Shown here: in pieces, positions 21,822 through 34,341 of the stretch | Layout of the letters: every line of letters begins with the position of its first letter | Numbering within the stretch: the stretch's first letter is position 1 | DNA from: Candidatus Latescibacterota bacterium | GTDB lineage: Bacteria; Latescibacterota; UBA2968; UBA8231 | Direction of reading: 5' to 3' | DNA: 64,000 nucleotides | Assembly (NCBI GenBank): GCA_965203175.1 | Contig: OZ241867.1 | Location: forward strand, 2,976,001-3,040,000 | Notes under the pieces: model-generated | The model's database searches: none | What the model was told of the DNA's origin: nothing | What the model saw: only the letters and a program-made list of their open reading frames with translations | Made by a program: the position numbers and the translations under genes

Positions 21822-23210
21822 TCAACGGCAGCAGCGGAAGCCAAGGAGGGGCTGCTCGTAGTTTTGCAAGGGCGAGTCGGCGATGATTTCCGTTAAGACC
21901 CCTATATCATATGGATCTTGGCCTCCGATGGATAGGGTGCTCACAAGGGTCGCACCGTCGCAGGCACCACTCGAATATACGCTGCTTGCTGCGACGTACA
22001 CTGCTAGGTCGCCGGCGTCGTCGATAGCGGCGACCCATTCGTCCATGTTGCCCGTCAAGTCAAAGACGCCGGTCGCGCCGCCGCAGTTGGGAAACGAGCC
22101 AGAGGGCGCGAGTTGTTCGGCTGGGTCGCTGCTGAATTGGGAGAAGGCCGAACCCGGCACGTTGCAGAAGCGCATGCCAAAGTGGTCGCGGCTGTCGTAG
22201 GCAGCCAAATCGTCGGTCGAAGAAAAGTTCCGCATTTGGCCGGCTTGACAAGCAGCGCCCCACTCGCTTGGGCTGCACAGGCGCTTGTCCTCGGCCGCAC
22301 ACAGGCGCGCCGCTTGGAAAAACGAAGCGGACTGCGGCCGCTCGCCCCTAGCGTTGGGATATTCGTACGCGTCAATTTCGTATGTTTGACTGGTGGTTGG
22401 CAGAACCAGGCGCACCATGCCGCCAGCCGGCAAGGGCGGTTCGATTGGAACGTGGAGGGCGATTTCGCGCTCTATGGTCGCCGCGCCGTCGCTCGCAGAA
22501 ACGCGCAGTTTGTGGTCGCCGGGAAAAAAGGCTACGACGACGGCGCGCGATCCGATTTGCCGACCGGTTTCCTCGTCGCGGATGGCCTCTGGCCAAATGC
22601 TGAGGCTGTCCTGTCCGGCGACCTCTTCCCAGTGGTATTCGAGCCGATCGCCGTCTGGATCGCTGCCAAACGCGTCGATAACTATCTGCGGCGCGCTAAA
22701 CGCGCTAGTCGCGTCGGCGGTTACTTCCAACACGGGTTCGCGCTGCACGACCTCTATGAGGAAGTTTTCGACCAGCACCCGCGCGTCTTCGGCGCAGCGC
22801 TGGCGGTCGGCTAGATCGGGTACGGCATTGGCATTGCAGTTGCGGTCGGTTATGAGGACCTGCACGACAAATTGTTCGGTGGAGCCGACGCTTTGAGGGG
22901 CGAACCAAGAGTTGGTCTCTTGGGCCAGCGAATCGCGGAAGCTGCCTCCGGCTGAGGCTCTCCACTGGTAAAACAGGGGATCGTCGTCTTCGTCGGCCGC
23001 GCGGATTTCAAAACGAACCTCGCCGCCGCGCTGGACCTGGCAGGCCACATCCGCGCTATTGAGCAGGGTATCTGGGAAAGCCTTGTCCGGAGACTGGCAG
23101 ATCATCCGCGCCAAGTGCACGGTCGGAGGGTCGTTGGGAAGCTCGTCGTGGAGCACGCTGCAGGCACCGAAAGCGAGGAAAGGGACCAAAAGGCACCAAC
23201 CAAGGTTCAT
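21822..23210 (-). CDS. Lipoprotein with two Ig/PKD-like domains and a C-terminal FGE/SUMF1-like domain
   Basis: Lipobox AFGAC; ADEDDDPLFYQW and SDPDGDRLEYHW Ig-like motifs; IDAYEYPN, KRLCSPSEW, GVFDLTGNMDEWV, LGFRCCR. Confidence 0.7.
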   Translation of the reverse strand: MNLGWCLLVPFLAFGACSVLHDELPNDPPTVHLARMICQSPDKAFPDTLLNSADVACQVQRGGEVRFEIRAADEDDDPLFYQWRASAGGSFRDSLAQETNSWFAPQSVGSTEQFVVQVLITDRNCNANAVPDLADRQRCAEDARVLVENFLIEVVQREPVLEVTADATSAFSAPQIVIDAFGSDPDGDRLEYHWEEVAGQDSLSIWPEAIRDEETGRQIGSRAVVVAFFPGDHKLRVSASDGAATIEREIALHVPIEPPLPAGGMVRLVLPTTSQTYEIDAYEYPNARGERPQSASFFQAARLCAAEDKRLCSPSEWGAACQAGQMRNFSSTDDLAAYDSRDHFGMRFCNVPGSAFSQFSSDPAEQLAPSGSFPNCGGATGVFDLTGNMDEWVAAIDDAGDLAVYVAASSVYSSGACDGATLVSTLSIGGQDPYDIGVLTEIIADSPLQNYEQPLLGFRCCR

Positions 23211-24082
23211 TCGCTGTCGATCATTAGGTCGAGTAGTCGCTCTAGATCGCTATCGCTGTAGAATGCGATCTGGATCGCCCCCTTGTTCGCCGCTGTGCGA
23301 CGAATGTTGACCGCTGTGCCGAAGCGGTGTTGCAACCGCTCCTCATAGTCGCGGATGTGGGGGTCGCTGGGGGCTTCTTTAGAAGCCTTCTTTTTTTTGC
23401 GGCCTACACGCTGATTGGCGACCACCTTTTCGACTTCGCGGACAGCCATTTTTTCTTCGACCGCCCGGCGGCCTAGCGCGAGCCGGTCTTCGTCTTCTTC
23501 AAGACCGAGCAGGGCGCGGGCGTGCCCCATCTGCAATTGGCCGCGGCGCAAGAATTCTTGGACTTCGTGCGGCAATTGCAACAGCCTGAGGAGATTGGTC
23601 ACGGTCGAGCGATTTTTCCCCACCTTGCGGGCGACTTCCTCTTGCGTGAGGAAGCACTTGTCGGTCAGCGAGCGGTAGCCTTCGGCCTCTTCGATTGGGG
23701 TCAGGTCTTCGCGCTGGATGTTCTCGATCAGCGACAGCTCCATCAAATCTTGCTGAGACTCGATTTCGTGGACGATCGCTGGTATTTCTTGGATCCCCGC
23801 CTTCTTGGTGGCCCGCCAGCGGCGCTCGCCAGCGATGATCTGGTAGTTCTGACCGATGCGGTTGACGGTGATGGGCTGGATGACGCCTTTCTCTTGGATC
23901 GAGTGCATCAGTTCGTCGATGCTCTCCTCGTCGAACTCGGTGCGGGCTTGATAGGGATTGGGTTCAATCTCGTCGACGTTGAGATAGATGATCTGGCGCG
24001 AGGCGTCGCCTTGGCTGCTAGGTTCGGCATATTCCGGGATGAGGGCGCTGATGCCCTTGCCGAGGACCGGCTTCTTACCCAT
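23207..24082 (-). CDS. parB: Chromosome partitioning protein ParB/Spo0J
   Basis: [45 protein letters not shown]. Confidence 0.95.
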   Translation of the reverse strand: MGKKPVLGKGISALIPEYAEPSSQGDASRQIIYLNVDEIEPNPYQARTEFDEESIDELMHSIQEKGVIQPITVNRIGQNYQIIAGERRWRATKKAGIQEIPAIVHEIESQQDLMELSLIENIQREDLTPIEEAEGYRSLTDKCFLTQEEVARKVGKNRSTVTNLLRLLQLPHEVQEFLRRGQLQMGHARALLGLEEDEDRLALGRRAVEEKMAVREVEKVVANQRVGRKKKKASKEAPSDPHIRDYEERLQHRFGTAVNIRRTAANKGAIQIAFYSDSDLERLLDLMIDSE

Positions 24083-24842
24083 GGTCGATCACTTCTCCTG
24101 CGAGGCTCATGTAATCCTGAGATCCCTGCGACAAGATGTCGTAGAGTACGATGGGTTGGCCGTGGCTAGGGGCCTCGGCCAGACGCACGTTGCGGCTGAT
24201 GGAGGTCTTGTAAACCTTGTTGCCGAAATAGGACTTGACCTCTGAAGATACTTGGCGCGATAGGTTCAAGCGTCCGTCGAACATAGTGAGCAGGACGCCG
24301 GCGATCTGGAGCTTGGGGTTGAGATGGCGTTGGATTTGGCGCACGGTGTTGAGCAGTCGGCCAAGGCCCTCTAGCGCGTAGTACTCGCACTGAATGGGTA
24401 TCATCACCGAGTCGGCCGCGGTTAGGGCGTTGAGGGTCAGTAGTCCCAAAGAAGGCGGACAGTCGAGAATGACAAAGGCGTATTGGTCGCGGACTTGGTC
24501 GAGCAGCCCGTCCAACTTCTGCTCGCGGGCGATCATGTTGACCATCTCGACCTCGGCGCCCGTCAGGTTGATGTGCGAGGGAATCAAGGACAGGAAGGAT
24601 ATCTTGGTCTCGTAGGTGACCTCGGCAGTCTCCTTTTGCCCGATCAGCGCGTGGTAGATATTGGATGTTTCGACTTCCTCGCTGTTTTGAAAGCCGCAGC
24701 CCGAAGTGGCGTTGGCCTGCGGATCCATGTCGATGAGCAGGGTCTTTTGTTCGGCCACGGCGAGGCAGGCCGCCAAGTTGACGGCTGTAGTAGTCTTGCC
24801 GACTCCTCCTTTTTGGTTGGATATGGCGATGACCCGGCTCAT
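24075..24842 (-). CDS. parA: Chromosome partitioning ATPase ParA/Soj
   Basis: [48 protein letters not shown]. Confidence 0.95.
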   Translation of the reverse strand: MSRVIAISNQKGGVGKTTTAVNLAACLAVAEQKTLLIDMDPQANATSGCGFQNSEEVETSNIYHALIGQKETAEVTYETKISFLSLIPSHINLTGAEVEMVNMIAREQKLDGLLDQVRDQYAFVILDCPPSLGLLTLNALTAADSVMIPIQCEYYALEGLGRLLNTVRQIQRHLNPKLQIAGVLLTMFDGRLNLSRQVSSEVKSYFGNKVYKTSISRNVRLAEAPSHGQPIVLYDILSQGSQDYMSLAGEVIDHG

Positions 24843-24851
24843 GACAGAAAC

Positions 24852-27482
<2,631 letters not shown>

Positions 27483-27648
27483 TGCTTTCCTATTCTATAG
27501 CTAATGCGTTTTGAATCGAGAGGGCATCACGGCCTTGACAGCCTTTGCCGCTGAAATTGAGAAGGGGGCGAATTGGGGTGTTGGGAAGAGTCAAGGGGCG
27601 AACATGCTCGGTGCTTCGAGGAACGGCCTCACAGGGCTGAAAGGGCTG

Positions 27649-27677
27649 AATATATCCCAAAGGAGAGGTTCGTGCAA
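27649..27677 (-). promoter_or_regulatory. Candidate sigma70 promoter for the ppdK-parAB operon
   Basis: Minus strand TTGCAC-17 nt-TATATT. Confidence 0.5.
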
Positions 27678-27680
27678 GCA

Positions 27681-28700
27681 TTACGCCCACACTTGCTCCC
27701 ACCGCTGGCTGGCGGCCGAGCGATAGAGGGCCAAGGCAGTGCGCAGCTCGCCGAGGGCGTGTTCTGGCGGTGCGTCCGGGGCCTTGCCATCGAGGACGGC
27801 AGCGGCAAAATCGGCCAACTCCGGTCCAAAGGATTCGGTGTAACCTGGGCTGGCAAAAAGTCGCTTGCCTTCGGGATGGTCTGCGTCCCACAGCCAGAGT
27901 TCAGCGCCGTCGAGACCGGCGTTGATGGTCAGTTCACCCTTGGTGCCGGTAATTCGCCACCAAGGGTCCGGGGCAAAGACTGTGTCGATCATCATGGCGT
28001 CGAAGATGGCGGTCTTGCCCGAGTCGAAGCGGAAGAGCGCGCGGGCGAGGGACTCGCCCTCCATTTGCGCGAGCGGATGCCCCAGCACGCCGACCACCTC
28101 TTTGATTTCGCCCATCCACATGCGCAAGGGCCGGATCCAGTGCGAGCCGCCGTCGATGGCGATGCCGCCGCCGGTGCGCCCCTTTTCGTAGCGCCAGGGC
28201 CGCTCTTCCTTGAACCAGTAGTCGTCAAAGGGATAGACAAAGGCCGCGCGGGCGGTGATGATCTCGCCGATGGCTCCGGCTGCAAGGTGCTTTTGGGCCT
28301 CGACTATTTCGGGCCAGTACTGGCTGTTTTCCGCGACCATGAAGACGCCTGGGGCCGCGCTGGCGGCAGCGAGAATGCGGTCGCAGGCGTCGAGGGTGGG
28401 AGCCATGGGCTTTTCCAAGAGCACGTGCTTGCCAGCGGCGAAGCACTGGAGGGCGATGGACTCGTGTAGATCGTGGGGCAACATGATATCGACGGCGTCG
28501 AAGTCCCCCTTTTCGAGCGCTTCGTCGAGCGAGGTAAAGACTTGCCCTCCGGTTTCAGTGGCGTAGGCTTGAGCTTTGGACTCGTCGAGATCGACTAAGG
28601 CGGTGACATCAATGCGGGGAGCGTGGCCCTTGATGCCGTCGAGGTGAAAGCGAGCGATTGCACCGCAGCCAATAAAGGCGAGCTTAAGTTTGTCCGACAT
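27681..28700 (-). CDS. Gfo/Idh/MocA family oxidoreductase
   Basis: IGCGAIA Rossmann fold, HVLLEKPMA, GGGIAIDGGSHW. Confidence 0.88.
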   Translation of the reverse strand: MSDKLKLAFIGCGAIARFHLDGIKGHAPRIDVTALVDLDESKAQAYATETGGQVFTSLDEALEKGDFDAVDIMLPHDLHESIALQCFAAGKHVLLEKPMAPTLDACDRILAAASAAPGVFMVAENSQYWPEIVEAQKHLAAGAIGEIITARAAFVYPFDDYWFKEERPWRYEKGRTGGGIAIDGGSHWIRPLRMWMGEIKEVVGVLGHPLAQMEGESLARALFRFDSGKTAIFDAMMIDTVFAPDPWWRITGTKGELTINAGLDGAELWLWDADHPEGKRLFASPGYTESFGPELADFAAAVLDGKAPDAPPEHALGELRTALALYRSAASQRWEQVWA

Positions 28701-28959
28701 GAAATAAGTCTCCGATGACATAGGTGAATTAAGGCTGGGAAAATACGCAATGGAGACACGGGGAATCAATAGAGCGGGCGAGATCTATAGCGGAGAAGGG
28801 ATGGGAAGTGGAGATAGACCGCGCTACCGCTACGCGACGAAATTCCCGAAGAAATAATTTGCCTTTGCGCGGCAGCCCGCTACGAGATTACTTATTGGGT
28901 AGCGAGGTAGCGGGATCGGGTGCTTGGGGGTAGATTTAGGCCAAAATAAGGAGCTAGCC

Positions 28960-31833
28960 ATGAAGTACAAATTGCTTTTATATGCTCTCGTGCTGTGGGC
29001 GGGCGTCGCCTTCGGCGCAGAGGGGACGCTTTCCGGTGTTGTGAAGGGGTTGGAGGGTGAAGCGATCCCCGGTGCCAACATCGTCCTTGTCGGCGACCTA
29101 CTTCCAGGCGGCAAGATCGGCACGGCTACCGACGAAGATGGTCGCTTCCGCTTGGAGGGGCTGCCGACCGGCGAGTATCAGCTCAACGTCACGCATATCG
29201 GCTATAGGACCCTAATGCGAGAAGGCGTTGGCATCGTCAGCGGTGAACAGGAGTTGATGCTGACGCTGGAGACGGGGATCATCTTCCTCGACCAGAACGT
29301 AGTCTCGGCTTCGCGGCGGCAGGAAAAAGTCCTCGAAGCTCCGGCCTCGGTGGCGGTGGTCGAGGCCAAAGAGATCCGCAATCGGCCGGCGCTCAGCGTT
29401 GTCGAGCACATCCGCGACGTGCCGGCGGTGGACTTTTCCCAGACTGGTTTGGCGCAGAGCAATGTAGTTGTGCGGGGTTTCAACAATGTCTTTTCGGGGG
29501 CTTTGCTGACGCTGACCGACAATCGCATCGCCCGCGTCCCCTCGCTGCGACTGAATGCCTACAACTTCATTCCGGTGACCAACGACGACATCGAGCGCAT
29601 CGAGGTGGTGTTGGGACCGGGGTCGGCGCTATACGGCCCCAATAGCGCCAACGGCGTGATGCACATCATCACCCGCTCGCCGTTCACTTCGGGGGGAACT
29701 AATGTCAACGTTGGCCTAGGCGAGCGGAGTGTGCGCAAGGTCGGTATGCGCCACGCCGGGGCTGCTAGCGATCGGCTCGGCTACAAGATCTCGGCCCAGT
29801 ACTATACGGGAGTGGACTGGGAATACGAAGACCCGGTAGAGGTGCAGGCTAGAGCCTCCAATCCAGCCATCAAACCGCGCAGTTTTGACATTGAACGCCA
29901 GAGCGCTGAAGCGCGCTTGGATTACAAGGCCTCGGACGACTTGACGGCTATTTTGTCAGCCGGATACAACAAGGGTGATCAGATCGAGTTGACCGGCTTA
30001 GGGGCTGGCCAAGCCCAAGACTGGGCGTACAACTATGTCCAGCTTCGCCTGCTGTACAAGAATTGGTTTGCTCAGGTATTCCAGAACGGGAGCAACGCTG
30101 GCGACACCTTTACCCTGCGCGATGGGAATCCGATCGTCGATAAGTCCAAGCTGACCGCGTTTCAGCTCCAGCACTCCGCGACGATGGGAGTGCGGCAGCG
30201 CTTTACCTACGGGGCCGATGTGCTGCTGACGCGGCCCGATACCGAGGGGACCATCACCGGCGGGAACGAAGACTACGATCAGACCAACGAATTTGGGGCT
30301 TATGTGCAGAGCGAGACGGCCCTGAGTGAGATGCTGGACTTGGTGGTGGCTCTGCGCTACGACGACCACAATCGCATTCCCGAAGGCGAAATCTCGCCGC
30401 GCGCCGGGCTAGTCTTCAAGCCTAAAGAGACCCAGATCCTGCGGCTGACGTACAACCGCGCCTTTGCGACCCCGTCGAGCAACAACCTCTATTTGGACAT
30501 CCGCTCTCTGCAGGATCCCTTCGGTATTGGCGCGGCGTTTGCGCCGGTGCTGGGTTTTGCGCCGGCGATAGACATTCGTGCGCAGGGAACCTATCGCGAG
30601 GGCTTTGCTAGCGGCTGGACTTTTGCTCGCTCGGACAATGGCCGACCAAAGTTCCGTTCGTCTTTTGCGCCAGTGGCGGAGATGGACCCGGCCGACTTCA
30701 TCGACTTGGGGGATCCGATTTTTACCAATGTGATGTGGGGGCTGGGTCGCAGCGGAGTGTTGAGTGCGCTCAATACCCCGCTTTTTATGGGACTAGCGGC
30801 GACCCAAATAGGGGTGCTGCAAGGGCTGGACAAAGCAACGGCGGAGGCTGCCGCCCAGCAGCTATTGGGCGGGTTAGATGCGCTGGTACCCGCACAACTG
30901 ACGGGGTTGGACAACGCTCTGCTCAAGCTCAACTTGGAGAAGGTGGCGGCCGGTGATTCGGCTCCCTTTGATCCGGTAGCCGATGTTATCGACGTGCCAC
31001 TGACTCGCTCGACGACTACTGAGACTTATGAATTTGGCTATAAGGGGGTAGTCGGCGAGAAGCTGGTGGTGGCGGCCGACCTGTATCACACGCGGATAAA
31101 GGATTTTGTCTCTCCGATTCAGGTGCAGACGCCTAATGTCTTCCTCGACCCGGCTAGCCTCGGGGCGGCGCTAGGTGCTAGTATTGGCGGGGCGCTGGCC
31201 GAGAATGCAGAGTTGGCCGCGGCGGTCGCTCCGCTCGACAATATGCAGGTCCCGGGCACTTTGTCTGGCAATGGCGATGGCTCGCCAGTGGATGAAATTG
31301 TCACTTTGTTTGCCGGCGGGGCCGCGGGCATACCGTTTGGCACGGTTACGCCGGAACAGGCCTTCGATCCGACGGCCGTAATGTTGACCTATCGCAATTT
31401 CGGCGAAATCTCTCTTAACGGCTTGGATGTGAACTTGGCCTATTTCCCGAGCGACCAATGGTCGCTAACGGGCAGCTATTCTTATGTCGATAAGACTTTA
31501 TTTGAGAACGTCGATGGCATCGCCGATATAGCGCTCAACGCGCCGGGTAACAAGTTCAAACTAGGCACGTCCTACACCTTCGACCAAGAGCAATTAACCC
31601 TAGGAGCGCAGTGGCGCTACGTGGGGGCGTTTCGCCAGGAGTCGGGCGTGTTCGTCGGGGATGTGGACGAGTACTCGCTCCTCGATTTGAACGCTAGTTG
31701 TCTGTTGCCGTTCGGAAGCAACCTGCGGCTCGGGGTGGATGTTTCCAACGCGCTCGACAACAAGCACCGCACCTTTATTGGGGCACCGGAGATCGGCCGC
31801 TTGGTCTTTGGGCAATTGGGCGTGGCGTTTTAA
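28960..31833 (+). CDS. TonB-dependent receptor with N-terminal carboxypeptidase-like regulatory domain
   Basis: Signal peptide; IPGANI..TATDEDGRF; VVSASRRQE; plug IERIEVVLGPGSALYGPNSANGVMHIIT; C-terminal Phe; AAGGAG RBS. Confidence 0.9.
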   Translation: MKYKLLLYALVLWAGVAFGAEGTLSGVVKGLEGEAIPGANIVLVGDLLPGGKIGTATDEDGRFRLEGLPTGEYQLNVTHIGYRTLMREGVGIVSGEQELMLTLETGIIFLDQNVVSASRRQEKVLEAPASVAVVEAKEIRNRPALSVVEHIRDVPAVDFSQTGLAQSNVVVRGFNNVFSGALLTLTDNRIARVPSLRLNAYNFIPVTNDDIERIEVVLGPGSALYGPNSANGVMHIITRSPFTSGGTNVNVGLGERSVRKVGMRHAGAASDRLGYKISAQYYTGVDWEYEDPVEVQARASNPAIKPRSFDIERQSAEARLDYKASDDLTAILSAGYNKGDQIELTGLGAGQAQDWAYNYVQLRLLYKNWFAQVFQNGSNAGDTFTLRDGNPIVDKSKLTAFQLQHSATMGVRQRFTYGADVLLTRPDTEGTITGGNEDYDQTNEFGAYVQSETALSEMLDLVVALRYDDHNRIPEGEISPRAGLVFKPKETQILRLTYNRAFATPSSNNLYLDIRSLQDPFGIGAAFAPVLGFAPAIDIRAQGTYREGFASGWTFARSDNGRPKFRSSFAPVAEMDPADFIDLGDPIFTNVMWGLGRSGVLSALNTPLFMGLAATQIGVLQGLDKATAEAAAQQLLGGLDALVPAQLTGLDNALLKLNLEKVAAGDSAPFDPVADVIDVPLTRSTTTETYEFGYKGVVGEKLVVAADLYHTRIKDFVSPIQVQTPNVFLDPASLGAALGASIGGALAENAELAAAVAPLDNMQVPGTLSGNGDGSPVDEIVTLFAGGAAGIPFGTVTPEQAFDPTAVMLTYRNFGEISLNGLDVNLAYFPSDQWSLTGSYSYVDKTLFENVDGIADIALNAPGNKFKLGTSYTFDQEQLTLGAQWRYVGAFRQESGVFVGDVDEYSLLDLNASCLLPFGSNLRLGVDVSNALDNKHRTFIGAPEIGRLVFGQLGVAF

Positions 31834-31851
31834 GAGAGGATACAGCAGGCG

Positions 31852-31884
31852 AAAGGGGGACGGGCGATGTCCGTCCCCCTTTTT
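31852..31884. terminator. Bidirectional intrinsic terminator between convergent genes
   Basis: AAAGGGGGACGG-7 nt loop-CCGTCCCCCTTTTT. Confidence 0.85.
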
Positions 31885-32461
31885 ATGTCGGCTTGTTGCC
31901 GCGGGCCATGACCACCTTGCCGGTGCGCACCATTTCCTTGAGGTCGAATTTGCTCAAGAGCGATTCGAGCGCGTCCATCTTCTCGGTGGTGCCGGTGGCC
32001 TCGATGGTGATGGTGGCTCCTGAGATATCGACTGTCTTGCCGCGAAAAACCTCGGTGATCTGCAAGACCTCGGTGCGTTCTTCGACCGAGCAGCCGACCT
32101 TGAAGAGAGCCAACTCGCGGGTGATGGCATCGTCGTTCGAGTGGTCTTTGGCGTGGATGACATCGACTAACTTGTTGAGTTGCAAGATGATTTGGTTCAG
32201 CTCGGCGGCCGGGCCAATGCTGGTGATGGTCATGCGCGAGCACTGGGGGATATGGGCCGGCGAGACAACTAGGTTCTCGATGTTGTAGGCTCGGCGAGCA
32301 AAGCACTGGGCGATTCTCACCAATACGCCGGGACGGTCGTTGACCAATAGGCCGATGGTAGTCTTCTGTTGGGGTTCGGTCGGCCTGAGTTGTGGTGCGT
32401 CCACCGCCTCTTGGCGGGCATTGAGGTCTGCGGCGGCAAAGTCGATGGCAGTCGTAGACAT
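31883..32461 (-). CDS. ilvN: Acetolactate synthase small (regulatory) subunit
   Basis: LVNDRPGVLVRIAQCFARRAYNIENL ACT domain, QLNKLVDV, RELALFKV, EMVRTG; about 30-aa N-terminal extension. Confidence 0.92.
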   Translation of the reverse strand: MSTTAIDFAAADLNARQEAVDAPQLRPTEPQQKTTIGLLVNDRPGVLVRIAQCFARRAYNIENLVVSPAHIPQCSRMTITSIGPAAELNQIILQLNKLVDVIHAKDHSNDDAITRELALFKVGCSVEERTEVLQITEVFRGKTVDISGATITIEATGTTEKMDALESLLSKFDLKEMVRTGKVVMARGNKPT

Positions 32462-34179
32462 TAGGTGCTTCCTTTGGGTTGGGCCAGTTTCTGCTTGGGA
32501 GCCTCGATCAGCATATCGGTGAGCGCGGCCCCGGCGGGGATCATGGGGAAGACATTGTCTTCCTTTTCGCACTCGGCGTGGATGACGCAGGGGCCTTCGT
32601 CGTGGTCGAGGGCCTGCTTGAGGACTTTGTCAATGTCGGCGGTGCGCCGGATGCGAAAGCCCTTAGCGCCGTAGGCTTCGGCCAGCTTGACGAAGTCAGG
32701 ATTGCCCTCTAGGTCAACCCCGGAGAGGCGATTGTCGAAGAAGAGATTTTGCCACTGGCGAACCATACCTAGGTACTTGTTGTCGAGGACTAGGATCTTA
32801 ATCGGCAGCCGATGGACGACGGCGGTGGCTAGTTCGCACAGGGTCATCTGGAAGCCGCCGTCGCCGCAGATGGCGACTACGGTCTCTTCGGGGCGGCCAA
32901 ACTGAGCACCGACGGCTGCGGGAAAGCCAAAGCCCATGGTACCAGCGCCGCCGGAGGAAAGCCATTGGCGGTGGTGGGCTGTCTTGTAGAACTGAGCGGC
33001 CCACATCTGATGCTGGCCGACGTCGGTAGTCACCACGGCGCGGCCAGCGGTCAGCTCGTACAGGCGGTCGATGATAGTCTGCATCTTGAGGCCACCGCGT
33101 TTGCCGTATTTGAGCGGGTACTTCGTCTTCCATTCGTCGATTTGGGCCAGCCAAGCGGCCGTGTCTATCGGCTCGACGTAGTTGATTAGTTCTTCGAGCA
33201 CTTGGCGCGCATCGCCTTCGATAAAAACGTCGGGCATGACCACTTTGCCGTATTCGGCCGGGTCGATGTCGATGTGGATCTTTTTCGCGTCCGGGCAGAA
33301 TTCCGAGAGCTTGCCGGTGATGCGGTCGTCCCAGCGTCCGCCGACCGACATAATCAGGTCGCAGCCGACGACGGCTTTGTTGGCATAGGCCGTGCCGTGC
33401 ATGCCGAGCATACCCACTGAGAGCGCGTGCTGCTCGGGGAACGCCCCCTTGCCGAGCAGGGTGTTGGTCACTGGCATCCGCGTCTTTTCGGCAAAGGCCT
33501 TGGCCACCTCGTGCGCGCCCGAGGCGATGCAGCCGCCGCCCAAGTAGAGCAGGGGGCGCTTGCTGCGGCGCAGAAGAGTGGCGGCGGCTGCGAGCAGTTC
33601 GGGCGCGGGCTTGGTCTGCCAAGTGTAACCAGGCAGGTACACTTTCTCGGGAAAGTCAGTGGTGCATTCGGGGAAGGGGTCGCCTTGGGTGACGTCCTTG
33701 GGCAGATCGACGAGCACTGGCCCCTGGCGGCCGGTGGTGGCGATGTGGAATGCCTCGGTCATCACGCGGGGGATGTCGTTGGGGTCCCTGACCAGATAGG
33801 AATGCTTGACGACGGGCATGGAGATGCCGAAGACATCGGCCTCCTGAAAGGCGTCTTTGCCGAGCATGGGAGTGACGGTTTGGCCGGTGAGGGCGATGAC
33901 GGGCGCAGAATCCATCAGCGCGGTTAGCAGGCCGGTGATGGTGTTGGTTGCGCCCGGGCCGGAGGTTACGAGGACGACGCCGGGCTTGCCGGTGGCGCGG
34001 GCGTAGCCGTCGGCCATGTGGGTCGCGCCTTGCTCGTGCCGGGTGAGGACGAAGCGGATCTGCTCGGAGTTGAGCAGTGCGTCGAAGATGGGCATGGCCG
34101 CGCCGCCCGGATGGCCAAAGACGTACTCGACGCCGAAGCGATCGAGCGCTTCGATGACTTTGTCGGCTCCTCTCGCCAT
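32461..34179 (-). CDS. ilvB: Acetolactate synthase large subunit
   Basis: FGHPGGA, RHEQGATHMADGYAR, TSGPGATN, AFQEAD, GMHG, DVGQHQMW, GDGGFQM. Confidence 0.95.
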   Translation of the reverse strand: MARGADKVIEALDRFGVEYVFGHPGGAAMPIFDALLNSEQIRFVLTRHEQGATHMADGYARATGKPGVVLVTSGPGATNTITGLLTALMDSAPVIALTGQTVTPMLGKDAFQEADVFGISMPVVKHSYLVRDPNDIPRVMTEAFHIATTGRQGPVLVDLPKDVTQGDPFPECTTDFPEKVYLPGYTWQTKPAPELLAAAATLLRRSKRPLLYLGGGCIASGAHEVAKAFAEKTRMPVTNTLLGKGAFPEQHALSVGMLGMHGTAYANKAVVGCDLIMSVGGRWDDRITGKLSEFCPDAKKIHIDIDPAEYGKVVMPDVFIEGDARQVLEELINYVEPIDTAAWLAQIDEWKTKYPLKYGKRGGLKMQTIIDRLYELTAGRAVVTTDVGQHQMWAAQFYKTAHHRQWLSSGGAGTMGFGFPAAVGAQFGRPEETVVAICGDGGFQMTLCELATAVVHRLPIKILVLDNKYLGMVRQWQNLFFDNRLSGVDLEGNPDFVKLAEAYGAKGFRIRRTADIDKVLKQALDHDEGPCVIHAECEKEDNVFPMIPAGAALTDMLIEAPKQKLAQPKGST

Positions 34180-34237
34180 GTCAATTTCTCCCTAAAAATG
34201 GATGATTTGAAGATTATTATGTAACTAACTTGAGCAA

Positions 34238-34266
34238 AGTATAGGAAAAAATAGCAATAATGACAA
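34238..34266 (-). promoter_or_regulatory. Sigma70-type promoter of ilvBN
   Basis: Minus strand TTGTCA-17 nt-TATACT in an AT-rich intergenic region. Confidence 0.7.
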
Positions 34267-34341
34267 GAAGGAGAAAAATTTTTGAACGATTTGTAACGAA
34301 AAAGAAGAGTATGTAGAGATAGGCTTAGATGTTGTTGCGCA

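Noticed and set aside
23207-24850. parS site or replication origin near parAB
   Set aside because: No TGTTTCACGTGAAACA-like palindrome or DnaA-box cluster seen.
34180-34341. Leader-peptide attenuator for ilvBN
   Set aside because: The promoter leaves a leader of only about 50 nt, with no Ile/Leu/Val-rich ORF or terminator hairpin.
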